Positions 1 through 12,674 of a stretch of 64,000 nt of DNA are shown here, in pieces. Origin of the DNA: Curvularia clavata. Its lineage: Eukaryota. Where the stretch lies: contig CP089278.1 in the NCBI GenBank assembly GCA_023920165.1, positions 1,426,001 to 1,490,000 of the forward strand. The letters run 5' to 3'. Positions within the stretch are counted from its first letter, which is position 1. Each line of letters opens with the position of its first letter. The notes below the pieces were generated by a model. The model had not been told where the DNA came from. It ran no database searches and was given only the letters and a program-made list of their open reading frames with translations. Position numbers and translations under genes: made by a program.

Positions 1-2958
1 GCTTGAAGAGTCCTTTCGTTTAGGCTCCAAAATGAGAAAAGCATGGCGGTACTGGTTGTCTTCGGAGTCATCCTTTCGCTGCGGGGATTGTGTTGACTGC
101 TGCTGTGACTGCTTTCCAATCTGTGCGTTCTGCAACTTGATGGTGCCAAGATGCGCGCCACCTTCGCTCTCATAGTATCGGAACTCGGGCCCATCCAAGA
201 CGAAGAAACGTGCCTTCCAGCCTCCAAAGTTCTTACCGCGCTTGGTAAGATAACCTTCCTTGCGTTGGGACTTGGCAGCAGATACAGTGGGTCCTGAAGT
301 AGACTCTGGGGCTAACCTATCGCCAGCTTGCGCGCCAATCACATCAGCTGACAGATATTCACAAACCACGCGCGCTGTCCTTTCGTCTGTGGGGGCTTCC
401 AAGACATTGTCAAAGTACTGATTCAGGGCAACCCTTCGAGCATCAATCTTGGCAGGAGCATGGCCTCCGAACAGGGCACGGTCTGGAAGCTTTCCTTGAA
501 AGTCACACAGCGATCTCAGTTGGGCGTCCAGGGCCGGCAGTGTCGCAATCGTCTTTTCTACGCGCCACAGCTGCCTGTTGTCAGACCGAGCGTAGACTGC
601 AAGAATAAAGACTGGATCCTCCTCCTGGGGCTTTGGGGCAAGAAAACTCAGACGTGATGGCCGGAGTCGAGATGAGAATACCTTGACCTGGATAGAAGGG
701 AGCGCGTTAGGGGGAAGCAAAAGGCCTGGGTATTGATCCGAAACAAGGCCACGGTAGACATGCTCTGCGTCGGGTACATCGTTCAAAGTGGGACTGCTTG
801 ATGCAGAATCTGGACTGGCTTGTGCACCTGGCACTGCCAAAAGGCCTGCGGAAGATTCTTTACCGGGTTGCGCATTCCTTTGGTTCTGGTTCGCTGGTGG
901 TGATTGGTAGGATTGAGGCGTGTTTGGTGGAAATGGGACTTGGTGCTGTCCGGGCCGTGTTGCTGACATGTTCATGATACTCGGCGACATGGGTGGTGAT
1001 GCTAGTGCCGACTTTGGATTTCTGGGCAATGGTGACCCGAGAGGTCTGTCGGTGGGACGTGGGCTGGATGGAAGGCCAGGGCTGAGGAGGGGCGAGGCAA
1101 CGCTTCGGTTGGCTACCATGGAACTATCAGAGTTGGTCGGGCTGAGCAGAGCATTCAGCGAGTTCGCAGGTGGGTGTCGGGGAGAAAGAGGAAGGCCGGA
1201 TTGAAGAGCACTAATCTGACGCGGTGAGAGAGGTACAGGGACTGGTTGGGGCTCCTCGTTGTCGGTTGTTTCAGCTGGTGCCGCCTGCTTGCTGCTGCTT
1301 TCACTACTTTTCTTTTTTGACTTGCTCCGAGCTTCCTCGTCTTTCATGTACATGGCCTCGCGTACCCTGTCATCCTCCTCGCGAGTCTTTCTCCTTCCTC
1401 GCTCGATAATGGGTATTTCATCAACTTCCAAGGTATCATCATAGTCAGAATCGACATCGTCACCATGTACTGCCTGGTGGAGGTGCGCACTGGTTGTTGC
1501 AGGTTTAGAGAGATTGAGAGGAGCTGGGGGAGCCTTGCGCAAGGGTTGAGCGGGCTTCCGGGGAGACGACTCAAACCCGTCGCCACCAATGACAGGGGTG
1601 GCTTGAATGAGAGATATCTCGGGAGGTTGGAGGCCGGAGTTAGATGGGGCCAAAGTTGCATCCGAGGTGTTTTGCGGTGGTGTTGTTGGGTCCGGAGCCT
1701 GTACTGATGGGGGTTGGGGGGCATTGTGGGGTTGGAGAACAGTACTATCAAGACCAAGACCTCTGCTACCAAGGCTTAGGGGTTGCACAGCGTAGTCTGT
1801 GGGCGATTGCATAGCTGACGTCGGATTCGAAGCGGTAGAATGGGAAGGCGATGTCGCTAGTTGTGAGTCTGGTATGATGTGTGGCGGTGCCGGGTGCTCT
1901 TGTGCCAAAGGCGAGGACCTGTGTTCGGCTGGTCTGGCATCGGCGGGCTTCGCAGACTCGTCGGGTCGCTCACTGGTGACGGGCGACTGGCTCGGGTCGT
2001 GGTCCATGACGGAATTGAAAGTGTCGGACTTTTGTAGGTGGCCAGGGCCTGGCGGCATCTGCTCGACGCATTCCTTGAACTTGCGACGGTAGCGATCCTT
2101 GTCCTTCAATGCGCGCTCCAAATCTTTCTGTAGGCCAATTATCATGGCTCGTTGCTTCTCGACCAAGCGCCAGAGCTGTGCATTGTGGCTGGATGTGTTT
2201 TGCTTGTCCTTCCACAAAGCCATCATGGCGGCCTCGGGTGAGCCTGCACTGGATATGAGAGCAGCCATGTCTGGTGGGTTGGCGGTACTTGTGTCTTGGG
2301 AAGGTCGGGGAGCATGGTTTGCAGCGAGGCGATTGTGGGACGCACTGGACGAGAGAGAAGAGGTGGCCGAGTCTATGGAGGGGTTCCGGACGGGGGCGGT
2401 TGGTGTTGCCGTCTCTGTGCGATTGGGGCGCGAGGAGGGAGACATGATGAGGGGCGACGCTGGCGGGGAAATGCCGGTCGATGACAGCGTGGGAGACGAG
2501 ACCTGGCGTAGCTTTGCATACGCAGAGGGCCTCGCAGGCTGGGTGGTGAAGGTGGTGGTGGTGGTGGGGACGTTGGGTGGTGTGGGCGGCGGATGCGCTG
2601 GCTGGCTTGGGCGAATGGGCGAAAAGCGCTGGTCCTCCTCGGCCAGCAAAGCGTCGAGCTTCTCGCGGGGGCTGCGCGGCTCGTCGAGGCGTGGGCTTTG
2701 TTGATAGGGCGAGTGGTGGTAAGCAGCAGCTCTGGACGTGGCCGAGGGCGACAGCGGACTTGGGACTGGCTTGCGACGGCGGGTTTGGGCGAGGTCAGCG
2801 GCGGGGGGCACAGCGAGAGGGGTGGTCGAGTCGTCGCGAAGAGAGCGGATGCTGTCTGCGAGCGACGGCAGGGACGCAGAGTGGTGGATTGAGGGATGTT
2901 GCTGGGGGAGGTGATGGGCCATGGAGGCGTGCTGAAGCATGTCTGCATTGGACCTCAT
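1..2958 (-). CDS. bem3: Bem3-like Rho GTPase-activating protein (PX + PH domains; C-terminal RhoGAP part lies beyond the left edge), partial
   Basis: Minus-strand frame read by hand at both ends. It starts at ATG 2958 (MRSNADMLQHASMAHHL..., with an in-frame TAA just upstream) and runs off position 1, which would explain its absence from the ORF track. The middle was not translated codon by codon. Contains YPGLLLPPNALPSIQVKVFSSRLRPSR, a PX-like LFGGHAPAKIDARRVALNQYF, and a PH domain KEGYLTKRGKNFGGWKARFFVL...YRHAFLILEPK. Confidence 0.85.
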   Translation of the reverse strand, partial: MRSNADMLQHASMAHHLPQQHPSIHHSASLPSLADSIRSLRDDSTTPLAVPPAADLAQTRRRKPVPSPLSPSATSRAAAYHHSPYQQSPRLDEPRSPREKLDALLAEEDQRFSPIRPSQPAHPPPTPPNVPTTTTTFTTQPARPSAYAKLRQVSSPTLSSTGISPPASPLIMSPSSRPNRTETATPTAPVRNPSIDSATSSLSSSASHNRLAANHAPRPSQDTSTANPPDMAALISSAGSPEAAMMALWKDKQNTSSHNAQLWRLVEKQRAMIIGLQKDLERALKDKDRYRRKFKECVEQMPPGPGHLQKSDTFNSVMDHDPSQSPVTSERPDESAKPADARPAEHRSSPLAQEHPAPPHIIPDSQLATSPSHSTASNPTSAMQSPTDYAVQPLSLGSRGLGLDSTVLQPHNAPQPPSVQAPDPTTPPQNTSDATLAPSNSGLQPPEISLIQATPVIGGDGFESSPRKPAQPLRKAPPAPLNLSKPATTSAHLHQAVHGDDVDSDYDDTLEVDEIPIIERGRRKTREEDDRVREAMYMKDEEARSKSKKKSSESSSKQAAPAETTDNEEPQPVPVPLSPRQISALQSGLPLSPRHPPANSLNALLSPTNSDSSMVANRSVASPLLSPGLPSSPRPTDRPLGSPLPRNPKSALASPPMSPSIMNMSATRPGQHQVPFPPNTPQSYQSPPANQNQRNAQPGKESSAGLLAVPGAQASPDSASSSPTLNDVPDAEHVYRGLVSDQYPGLLLPPNALPSIQVKVFSSRLRPSRLSFLAPKPQEEDPVFILAVYARSDNRQLWRVEKTIATLPALDAQLRSLCDFQGKLPDRALFGGHAPAKIDARRVALNQYFDNVLEAPTDERTARVVCEYLSADVIGAQAGDRLAPESTSGPTVSAAKSQRKEGYLTKRGKNFGGWKARFFVLDGPEFRYYESEGGAHLGTIKLQNAQIGKQSQQQSTQSPQRKDDSEDNQYRHAFLILEPKRKDSSS

Positions 2959-3577
2959 ACTTCTCAAACCAGCTTAGCCGGGCGACCAGGATGGCGGACG
3001 GTATTACAGCCTGTTAGTGGGGATTAGGGCGTGTTTCGGGGGGGCCGTTGGGTGTCGGGGGTGCGAGGGCGAGGGCGAGGGCGAGGCAGTGTCGTCAGCA
3101 CCGAAGCGTCCAGCGCAGCATGAGACGCGACGAGTCTCTGTCAGAAGGAAGGGCTACAAGCAAGGAGAGAGGGTTGGACTCAGCAGGAAAGCAACCAGGC
3201 CAGGCCGAGTCGTCGACGGCGCCAGAGAATAGGCGCCTTGGGGCCAGGTCGACGCCTCGTCGTCGAGGGCTACTAGCACGGTTCCTGCAGAAGCGAGCCA
3301 TGATCGCCTTGCCAGTGCCTCCGCTCAGGTTTTGGAATCTGCCCACCGCTCTAGCCATCCCGGTCGCCCTGGTGGGACATGCAGCGCCTGTAGGTCGAAT
3401 GCGCCCAGGTGATTGGGCCTGCGCCCGGAGTCTTCCTGGCCGTTATCACCAACGCCATCCACCACTGAGCACGAGTGAGCGCGTGGTCGTCTGCAGGCGG
3501 GTCGGATTGGCCACATCCGTCGTCTTGATGACGGCCGTGGGAGAGCATGTGGGTGTGCTGAGAAAAATTGCCCACAC

Positions 3578-3634
<57 letters not shown>
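3578..3634. repeat. (CAT)19 trinucleotide microsatellite
   Basis: 57 nt of perfect CAT repeats followed by CACCAT. It explains the poly-I/M/D/S spurious ORFs. Confidence 0.97.
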
Positions 3635-3636
<2 letters not shown>

Positions 3637-5207
3637 CCATTACCGCGACATGCCACCCCCCCGGCCGACACTGCACTCACAAAGACAGCCAGCCAAATTG
3701 CATCGCGCGCACGGATTGAGTTCGACGGCAGCAAAGAAGCTTTTGGTATGCCGAAATGAGATTGCACCCCCCGCATGCACGTCGATCAGTCGTATCTCGT
3801 CTTGGTGTGGCGTCTGTCTGTAATGGCCCTGGCTGCCTCCCTGACTCTATCTAGCAAACACTAGCCGTCCGCATGCGCTGCCCCTCGACGGCGGCGACGA
3901 CGACGACGACATGACAGGCAGCCGTGCATGCAGTCAGCCCGCTTACCCACCCGTGACTGCTGGAACACATGTTGCCTGGAAGCAAAAGCAATCGTACGAC
4001 TTTTGCCAGCTGCCATGCGTCTGAAACCCCGCCGCGCTCAAGCGAAGCACGCTGCAGGGAGCCGCCCATGGCTCCTCCGCTATTCCGCTCCCATGGCCTC
4101 CGCCCTATCCCACGTCTGCTTGTTCGCCGCCTGCTATATCAGGGGTACCTGCAACCAGAAACCCACCATGGATGGACCTGCCTGGGCAATGTGTCCCCAT
4201 GGTACGTACCAGCGTCTTTCTTTTCTTCTTTCTCTTTTGCTGAGCCTGCACCGCCTAGGGATCCACGCCCACCATGCCAAAGACAAAGTGCGACAGGAAA
4301 CAACAAACACCCGTCCATACTCTAGTACCTGGTTTGGTGGCATCTTCCGTCTGATGGCCTTCCCGCCCAACACGACAAACTCTGGCGGCATTTGTCTACA
4401 TACGCCGACATATGCAGTCTCAACCTGAGGCACCATACCACCTCAGCGGCACCTATCTGTAATCCCCCCCGTCTAATAATATCCCGTGTGCCAAATTTAC
4501 CCACATACGAGGCCACATCACCGTGATTTTACTTGCACACGGGTCGGGACATTGCATTCCCACAGACAACTGCTTTGCACACATGTGGGCTTGCTGTCAC
4601 AGTTTTGGAATGGTTCAAAACCTACTCCAAATCTCTGGCCCATTGCAGTTTCGCATTCACAAGCGGCCAAGAACCCCGGTTCCGTCTCGGCATATACCGA
4701 CGGTATACCTCTTTGCAAACAAGATCGTGATGCTCTCTTTGCTCGTACTCAACTTTCGGTGCCAAGCAGCACATCAATAACGCCCTTGTCGGAGCTGTGA
4801 GATTAAGTGCGCCACACGTGCTGCCTCAACACGACTGCAAATTGCTTTGTCGACCCAAGAAATCGTACCCCTACTTCTACCCGCATCCTTTGTTGCTTTC
4901 GTGCATATCAAATTCCACGTTCAAATAATCTACCATGATCCTGGTATCCAGGAATGGGACCAATACCCGCACGGCGAGGCGCGATAGCTGAATAGATTAA
5001 TCCCCAGTTTTTGCAAAAAAGCAAAATGAACCCAAAATTCGTCGCCGAGGTCGGATGGCACAAGAGTTTCAGGCCTGGGTGTTTGCCAATGGCATCCGAG
5101 AGGGTCTGGTCGTAGACTGGTCATGATATTCCTTCTATGGGGATTGCAGACGCCGCTCTGTGCTGCCAGACTGTACAATATAATACACGTATAACTTTGC
5201 TCCCACC

Positions 5208-5706
5208 TCACATGGACACTCGTCCAGTACCACCACGTTCGATCTTGTTCAGTCGTCGTGCAGTCGCAATCTGTCGCCATTAGCAGGTTCCTCCACCACC
5301 CATGCTCCTCCTCTGGTAAACGCGGGACCACACGTACCTGTGTCCTTGTCCTTTGTCCGCGTGCTGGCAGACCCATTGCGTGTCTCCTTCCCCGATATGT
5401 GCCCATGTCTCGTAATCTCCGTATGTCGTCCTGAACTTGCCGCCGCAAGTCGTTCTCAATCTTCATGTTGGCCAATTCCGCCGTGAGATCCATGACGGTG
5501 GCATTCTTCAGACTGCCGACTTTGGCCCAAGGGTGGATGTGGAATTTTGCCATGATGCGCTGCGACACCGATGGGCCGATGCCGAAGAAAGATTCGAGAG
5601 ACCGCTTTACGAGCGTGGCTTCCGTGAAGCTGAAGCCATTGATGAACACCTGGTATAGATCAGCATTTGCAAACAGTCGCATTGAACAGAATCAAGCACC
5701 CACCAT
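5208..5706 (-). CDS. SWS2: Mitochondrial small-subunit ribosomal protein uS13m (3 exons: 5706-5704, 5649-5338, 5270-5208)
   Basis: S13 motifs FFGIG...IENDLRRQVQDDIRRLRDMGTYRGRRHAMGLPARGQRTRTQ. GT-AG introns restore M-VFING and RTRTQ-IATARRLN, ending at TGA. Confidence 0.92.
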
Positions 5707-5962
5707 GGTGTCGCACCCTCCGACAACTAATTCGTGTGGTGAAGTGGTTCGCAACACGCCCGCATCCGACTCGAACTTCCACAGTCCACTAGTCCCACTT
5801 AGGCAGTCGCGGAGCTTGGCACTCTCAAGGTGCGACATTGCGGGCAGTACTAAAACACCACGTTTCAACACAGCCTCCACCTGTAGCTCTGGCAGGGGGA
5901 TTCCTAAACTATATAACCGCTCTCAATTCCTTCCATTGCCTACGAGTCCTTCATCAGGCACC

Positions 5963-6799
5963 ATGGCTTCTTTCCAGAGGGCCGTCATCTCGCTCTTGTT
6001 GATCCTCTCCATCACCTTCGTCTTCTTCGCCCAGACTTCTGAGGCTGCCAAGGGCCCCAAGGTCACCAGCAAGGTGTGTAATTCGAGCAAGAGCTGGTGA
6101 GCATGGCCCTGACAGATTGAACAGGTCTTCTTCGACATTGAACACGGCGATGAGAAGCTAGGTCGCATTGTCATCGGCCTGTACGGCAAGACCGTCCCCA
6201 AGACTGCTGAGAACTTCCGGTACGACATAAGACGAATAGTTTGCAACTCGGTATACTAAGGCAGGCGGCAGTGCTTTGGCTACTGGCGAAAAGGGCTTCG
6301 GTTATGAGGGCTCTACCTTCCACCGAGTTATCAAGGACTTTATGATCCAGGGTGGTAAGTGGACATTATACGCTCTCAAGTGTCTTCTGCATACTAACAG
6401 CAACATAGGCGACTTCACCAGGGGCGATGGCAAGTCTTTTTGGGGGCAAGAAATACACGTCAGGTATACTAACATACTCTAGGCACTGGTGGCAAGTCTA
6501 TCTACGGCGAAAAGTTCCCCGATGAGAACTTCAAGCTCAAGCACAGCCGCAAGGGTCTCCTCAGCATGGCCAACTCGGGCAAGGACACCAACGGAAGCCA
6601 GTTCTTCATCACCACCGTCGTCACCAGCTGGCTCGATGGCCGCCACGTCGTCTTCGGAGAGGTCCTTGAGGGCTACGATGTTGTCGAGAAGATCGAGAGT
6701 GTCCCCAAGAGCCCCGGAGACAAGCCAACCAAGACTGTCAAGATTGCCAAGAGCGGCGAGCTCGAGGTACCAGCGGAAGGTATTCACGCGGAACTCTAG
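5963..6799 (+). CDS. cypB: ER cyclophilin B (peptidyl-prolyl cis-trans isomerase), 208 aa; exons 5963-6073, 6125-6219, 6272-6354, 6409-6429, 6483-6799
   Basis: Signal peptide, [65 protein letters not shown] and a C-terminal HAEL (HDEL-like). The exons sum to 627 nt. Confidence 0.95.
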
Positions 6800-6876
6800 A
6801 CACCAGTATGCACGTCTTGCTATTGTGTCAATCCCCTTAGGTTGGAGAGCTGCTGATAGTGTGTTCGTTTTTCAAG

Positions 6877-7151
6877 ATTTATATGGCGCTGCTGAGCCCG
6901 CCATCGCCGGTGACAACCTCGATGTCACACCATCAAAACTCAGTGATGATGTTGCAAGCATCGCGATGCCTTCCAAGGCTTCTGGCGCCAACGCTAAGAT
7001 TGAGGGGCTGGCCTCTTCTGTTTCTGCTACGGGCTCCGCAGATGGCTTGTCCCTGGGCCAGAAGTTCTTCTTCATTGTCGTCATCGTCGCCGTTTGCGCA
7101 CTTTTCCTCAACTCCAGAAAGGGTGGGCTCAAGGAGAAAAGCATGGCTTAG
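6877..7151 (+). CDS. Putative alternative terminal exon of cypB encoding a Ser/Ala-rich stalk, a transmembrane helix and a short basic tail
   Basis: In frame with cypB if donor G|GTATTC (6780) joins acceptor TTCAAG| (6876); branch-like GCTGAT at 6852. Encodes ...QKFFFIVVIVAVCALFLNSRKGGLKEKSMA*. Confidence 0.65.
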
Positions 7152-8031
7152 GCTACCCCACAATATGCGAAACTTTGTTGTCTGGTTAGTTTGGTTGTGC
7201 TTGTATTGAGTGGTGCTTGCTATGCTACAAGATGGTTCCTGGCGTGTGAGTGACATTTGGTGGCAGGATCTCGCGTGCTGCTACATGAATGTGTCAAGTG
7301 TTTTTGATTGATTCCAGTTATATTCAAACTACTCGGGTTTCATGTGCAGAGGACGCGCTTGTTATGCACAGATACGCCCCTTGGCCGTCTGGCCAAACAG
7401 TGAATCTTGACTTTTGCGTACACATGTAGATTGAGTAAGCAAGGCAATACTGATAAGACTTTGCATATGGTTGTGAAGCAAATTCAACATGTGGCGAATA
7501 CTGCAGCGGGTGGCAAAAGCAAATAGGCGTGCATGCTGAAGCAGGCGGCCTCAATCACAACTCCAGCCGTCTAGTGTCAAGCCCAGAGCAAAGCACAATT
7601 GCTCGGGCAAGTCTTCCGCCATCTCTGTTGCCAGTAGTACGTATGCGCATGTCACTGTACGTCTGTGCATCGAAAAACAAGCATCCTGCATCGTAGGACA
7701 GCAGCTGTGACGTTCACCGCTCCGCACTCGCCACAGTGCTGAGAGGCTCTTGGGACGCTTGCGCACTAATCCCATCTCGGTCTAGCTGGAAAGGGTTCTC
7801 TCTGACGCTTTTTTAACTTAGCTGCCGCCTCCCTCCTCCCTCACCACCCACTCTCAAAACCTCCTGTGTGTATTACACAACCTCACCATCACATTTCCGT
7901 GTGAAGTCCTTTCCTTTGGCCTTCACGCTCATTTACTTGTCGTTTTTTTCTCAGGACAGAGGCGTTCCCTTCTTTCCTGACAGAACGAGGATCAGGCACC
8001 CGCCTGCGAGTTATCAGTTTCGTCACTTTGA

Positions 8032-10236
<2,205 letters not shown>

Positions 10237-12674
10237 ATCCGCATACCACCGCTTCACGATGTAGCCAGTCCAGGACACGGTTCTTCTCCACCGAACCCTG
10301 GGCCTTCGTGTGGCTTTTTCTATCGGCTTCCTTTCATTTCCTTTAGTTCTGGTTTTATTTCTGCACCTCTTTTCCGGTTATCACGGATTGAAGCGGAAAT
10401 CTGGAATCTTATACCCCAATCAGCATATAGACAGCGACTGTTTTTCTGCGGCTCTGCCTATTTTCGAGCTCTTCTCGCATACGATACCCTTCGACGCATA
10501 TCCGTCGAGCTCGAAGCATAGACGGCAGGACTCTGGCCTTTCTTGAAAAGGCATGCATCACGAACATTTCACGCCCTCGCTCTTTCTGCAAGCATGCTGC
10601 TTGGGGAGCTATAGATTCTCGCTTTTCCGAGTCATCCACACGCGGATGGCCATAGTCAGCATTTCCTTTTTTATTTTATTTTACGACAAAAGCGATTCCT
10701 TTTTCCCGGTCATATCCCTCGGCGACAACGTCTTTCTCGTCGTCCTTGTGTCTCTCGAACCTCTCCACATGCGGAGAGCTAGCAGCATTGGCTGGTCGGG
10801 ACGACGAAAAAGTTTGCTGCATTGATGGCGTTTCATGAAGGTTTAGCCACGACCCCCAAACACCTTTCTTAATGAAGGAATATACCCCCGGTGCTTTGTG
10901 GTAACCGTCATGGTAGGCTGTCTTTTTTTCCAAAGCCAATGTTCGACGGTGGGATTTCGAACGTACAAAAAATGGGTAGTTTTGGTTTGCACCTACCCCC
11001 CCGGTTCTTCGCGTTACTGAACATGCGAACCTGAACCTCCCCAGTGTGACCTTGGGTCGAAGGAATCTCACAAAAGCAACAGTCTCGAGCCAGATGATTA
11101 GTTAGATAGACTAGCATAACCTGCCGACATGCGCAGTCTGTACAATGCATGCGTTATGACACTTGCAAATTATCTGTTGAGTTCGTGGTGATGGTTACGT
11201 GATGTGTGAATTGCTGCTGTCATATATTGTGAGGAATGAAACGACAAACAAGGCTTGACGGAAGAAGAAAGACGACATTAATATCTCCTTTCGAGGGCTT
11301 TGTCTGTGGTTATCGTTTGAAGTGAATTCCATCTTTACGTCTTGCTCAATCATGGATTGAGAGGGGCTTGCCATGTATCTTCTCTGCCTCTCTTCCTCTT
11401 TCTGTCACTCACTTTCCATCCATCCATCCATCTATCTATCTATCGTTATACAGAGCACAAGATATGTGTAGATAACAACTCGACTGCTCCAACTCCTTTG
11501 GCCCCCTTTTTCTCCTCTTTTCTTCCTGTATCACTTGTGAAGAAGGCACAGTGAGATGTATGAGAGTCTTGTCAGATGAGATGTGGTGTATTTCTACAGG
11601 TATCGTTGAGAAAAGTATTTAGAGGTCAAATGTACGCGAAAGCGAGAGGAGAGGAATGGAGAGAGGCGGGATGCCTTGTAGGAGACTTGGACTTGACATT
11701 TTGCTGCTAGTCATGTGCAGTAGGAGTAGGGCAGGTGCGTGATCGAGAGGCATATATGACATTATTTGGCTTTGTCACTAGCCTGAAGGATATTTCGCTG
11801 GTATGAAGTTGTCAAAGATGTCTTTTGATGTGCTTGGATTCAATTGCTTCCTCTTTTTGTAGTAGGATGTACAGGCGTACAATGGGTGTACATTACCTAC
11901 ACGGTAAGAGCTTCGAGGTAGGTGGTATAGGAGAATGTTGCGCCTCACGTGATCGCAGGATTGACATGCTTTACGGGTTGTGCCAATAACAAGGCTGCCG
12001 AGGTGGCGCGCGGATGCCTACATGCGTATTGCAGGGAACCAGGGTTCTCGTTGGTCCCACAGGGCGTAAAGAGATGGTGCGAGTAAGATACATAGGAGAA
12101 GCAAGTAAGGGAGGTGGTGTGGAGAAAAAGCACATATCTGCATGTGAGGCTCTTTTTCTTCTTTATTCTTTTCGCTGCAGCGTTGAATGTCACGTCTTAT
12201 CTGTTGCTTCAGATTTGATTTATTGTTTGTTTTGAGAACGTTACTTTTTTGTCGGCATCTTTTACCGTGACGAACGTAGATATGTTGATCAGGTTGACGG
12301 GAAAATGCATCAGCTGATGTATTCACGGCTGATTGACCACTTCGGATGCAGGATTTACTTTCTCATGTGTTGTTATCATGGTAAAAATGGTCTCGGGTCA
12401 AAACTCGACGTAGATTTTTATTTTTCTAGAAAAAGTTGTGATTGGTATCAAGAAAAACAAAATGACCTCATAGCCTTCACCTGATCTGCCTCATTATGGT
12501 GAGCATGTGTCTCCTTCCTTCCTTCCTTCTTCCTTCTCTGCAAGCGAATACGTGCTGCTCATTGCTGTCCAATTCTGCTGCATACATAAAAAAGCATTCC
12601 ATGTCTCTTGGATAAACCCGAACGGTCCGTCAAGGCGACTCGACGAAGACATGCACTATAACATCTGACTCGAA

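Noticed and set aside
920..3017. Plus-strand ORFs in 0.9-3.0 kb
   Set aside because: They are antisense shadows of the bem3-like CDS.
3048..3776. ORFs with poly-I, poly-M, poly-D and poly-S tracts
   Set aside because: All are readings of the (CAT)19 microsatellite with non-coding-like flanks.
10237..12670. Small hairpins and CT-rich blocks downstream of DED1 as ncRNA genes
   Set aside because: Only short stems with no box motifs I can support. Compatible with 3'UTR or intergenic sequence.
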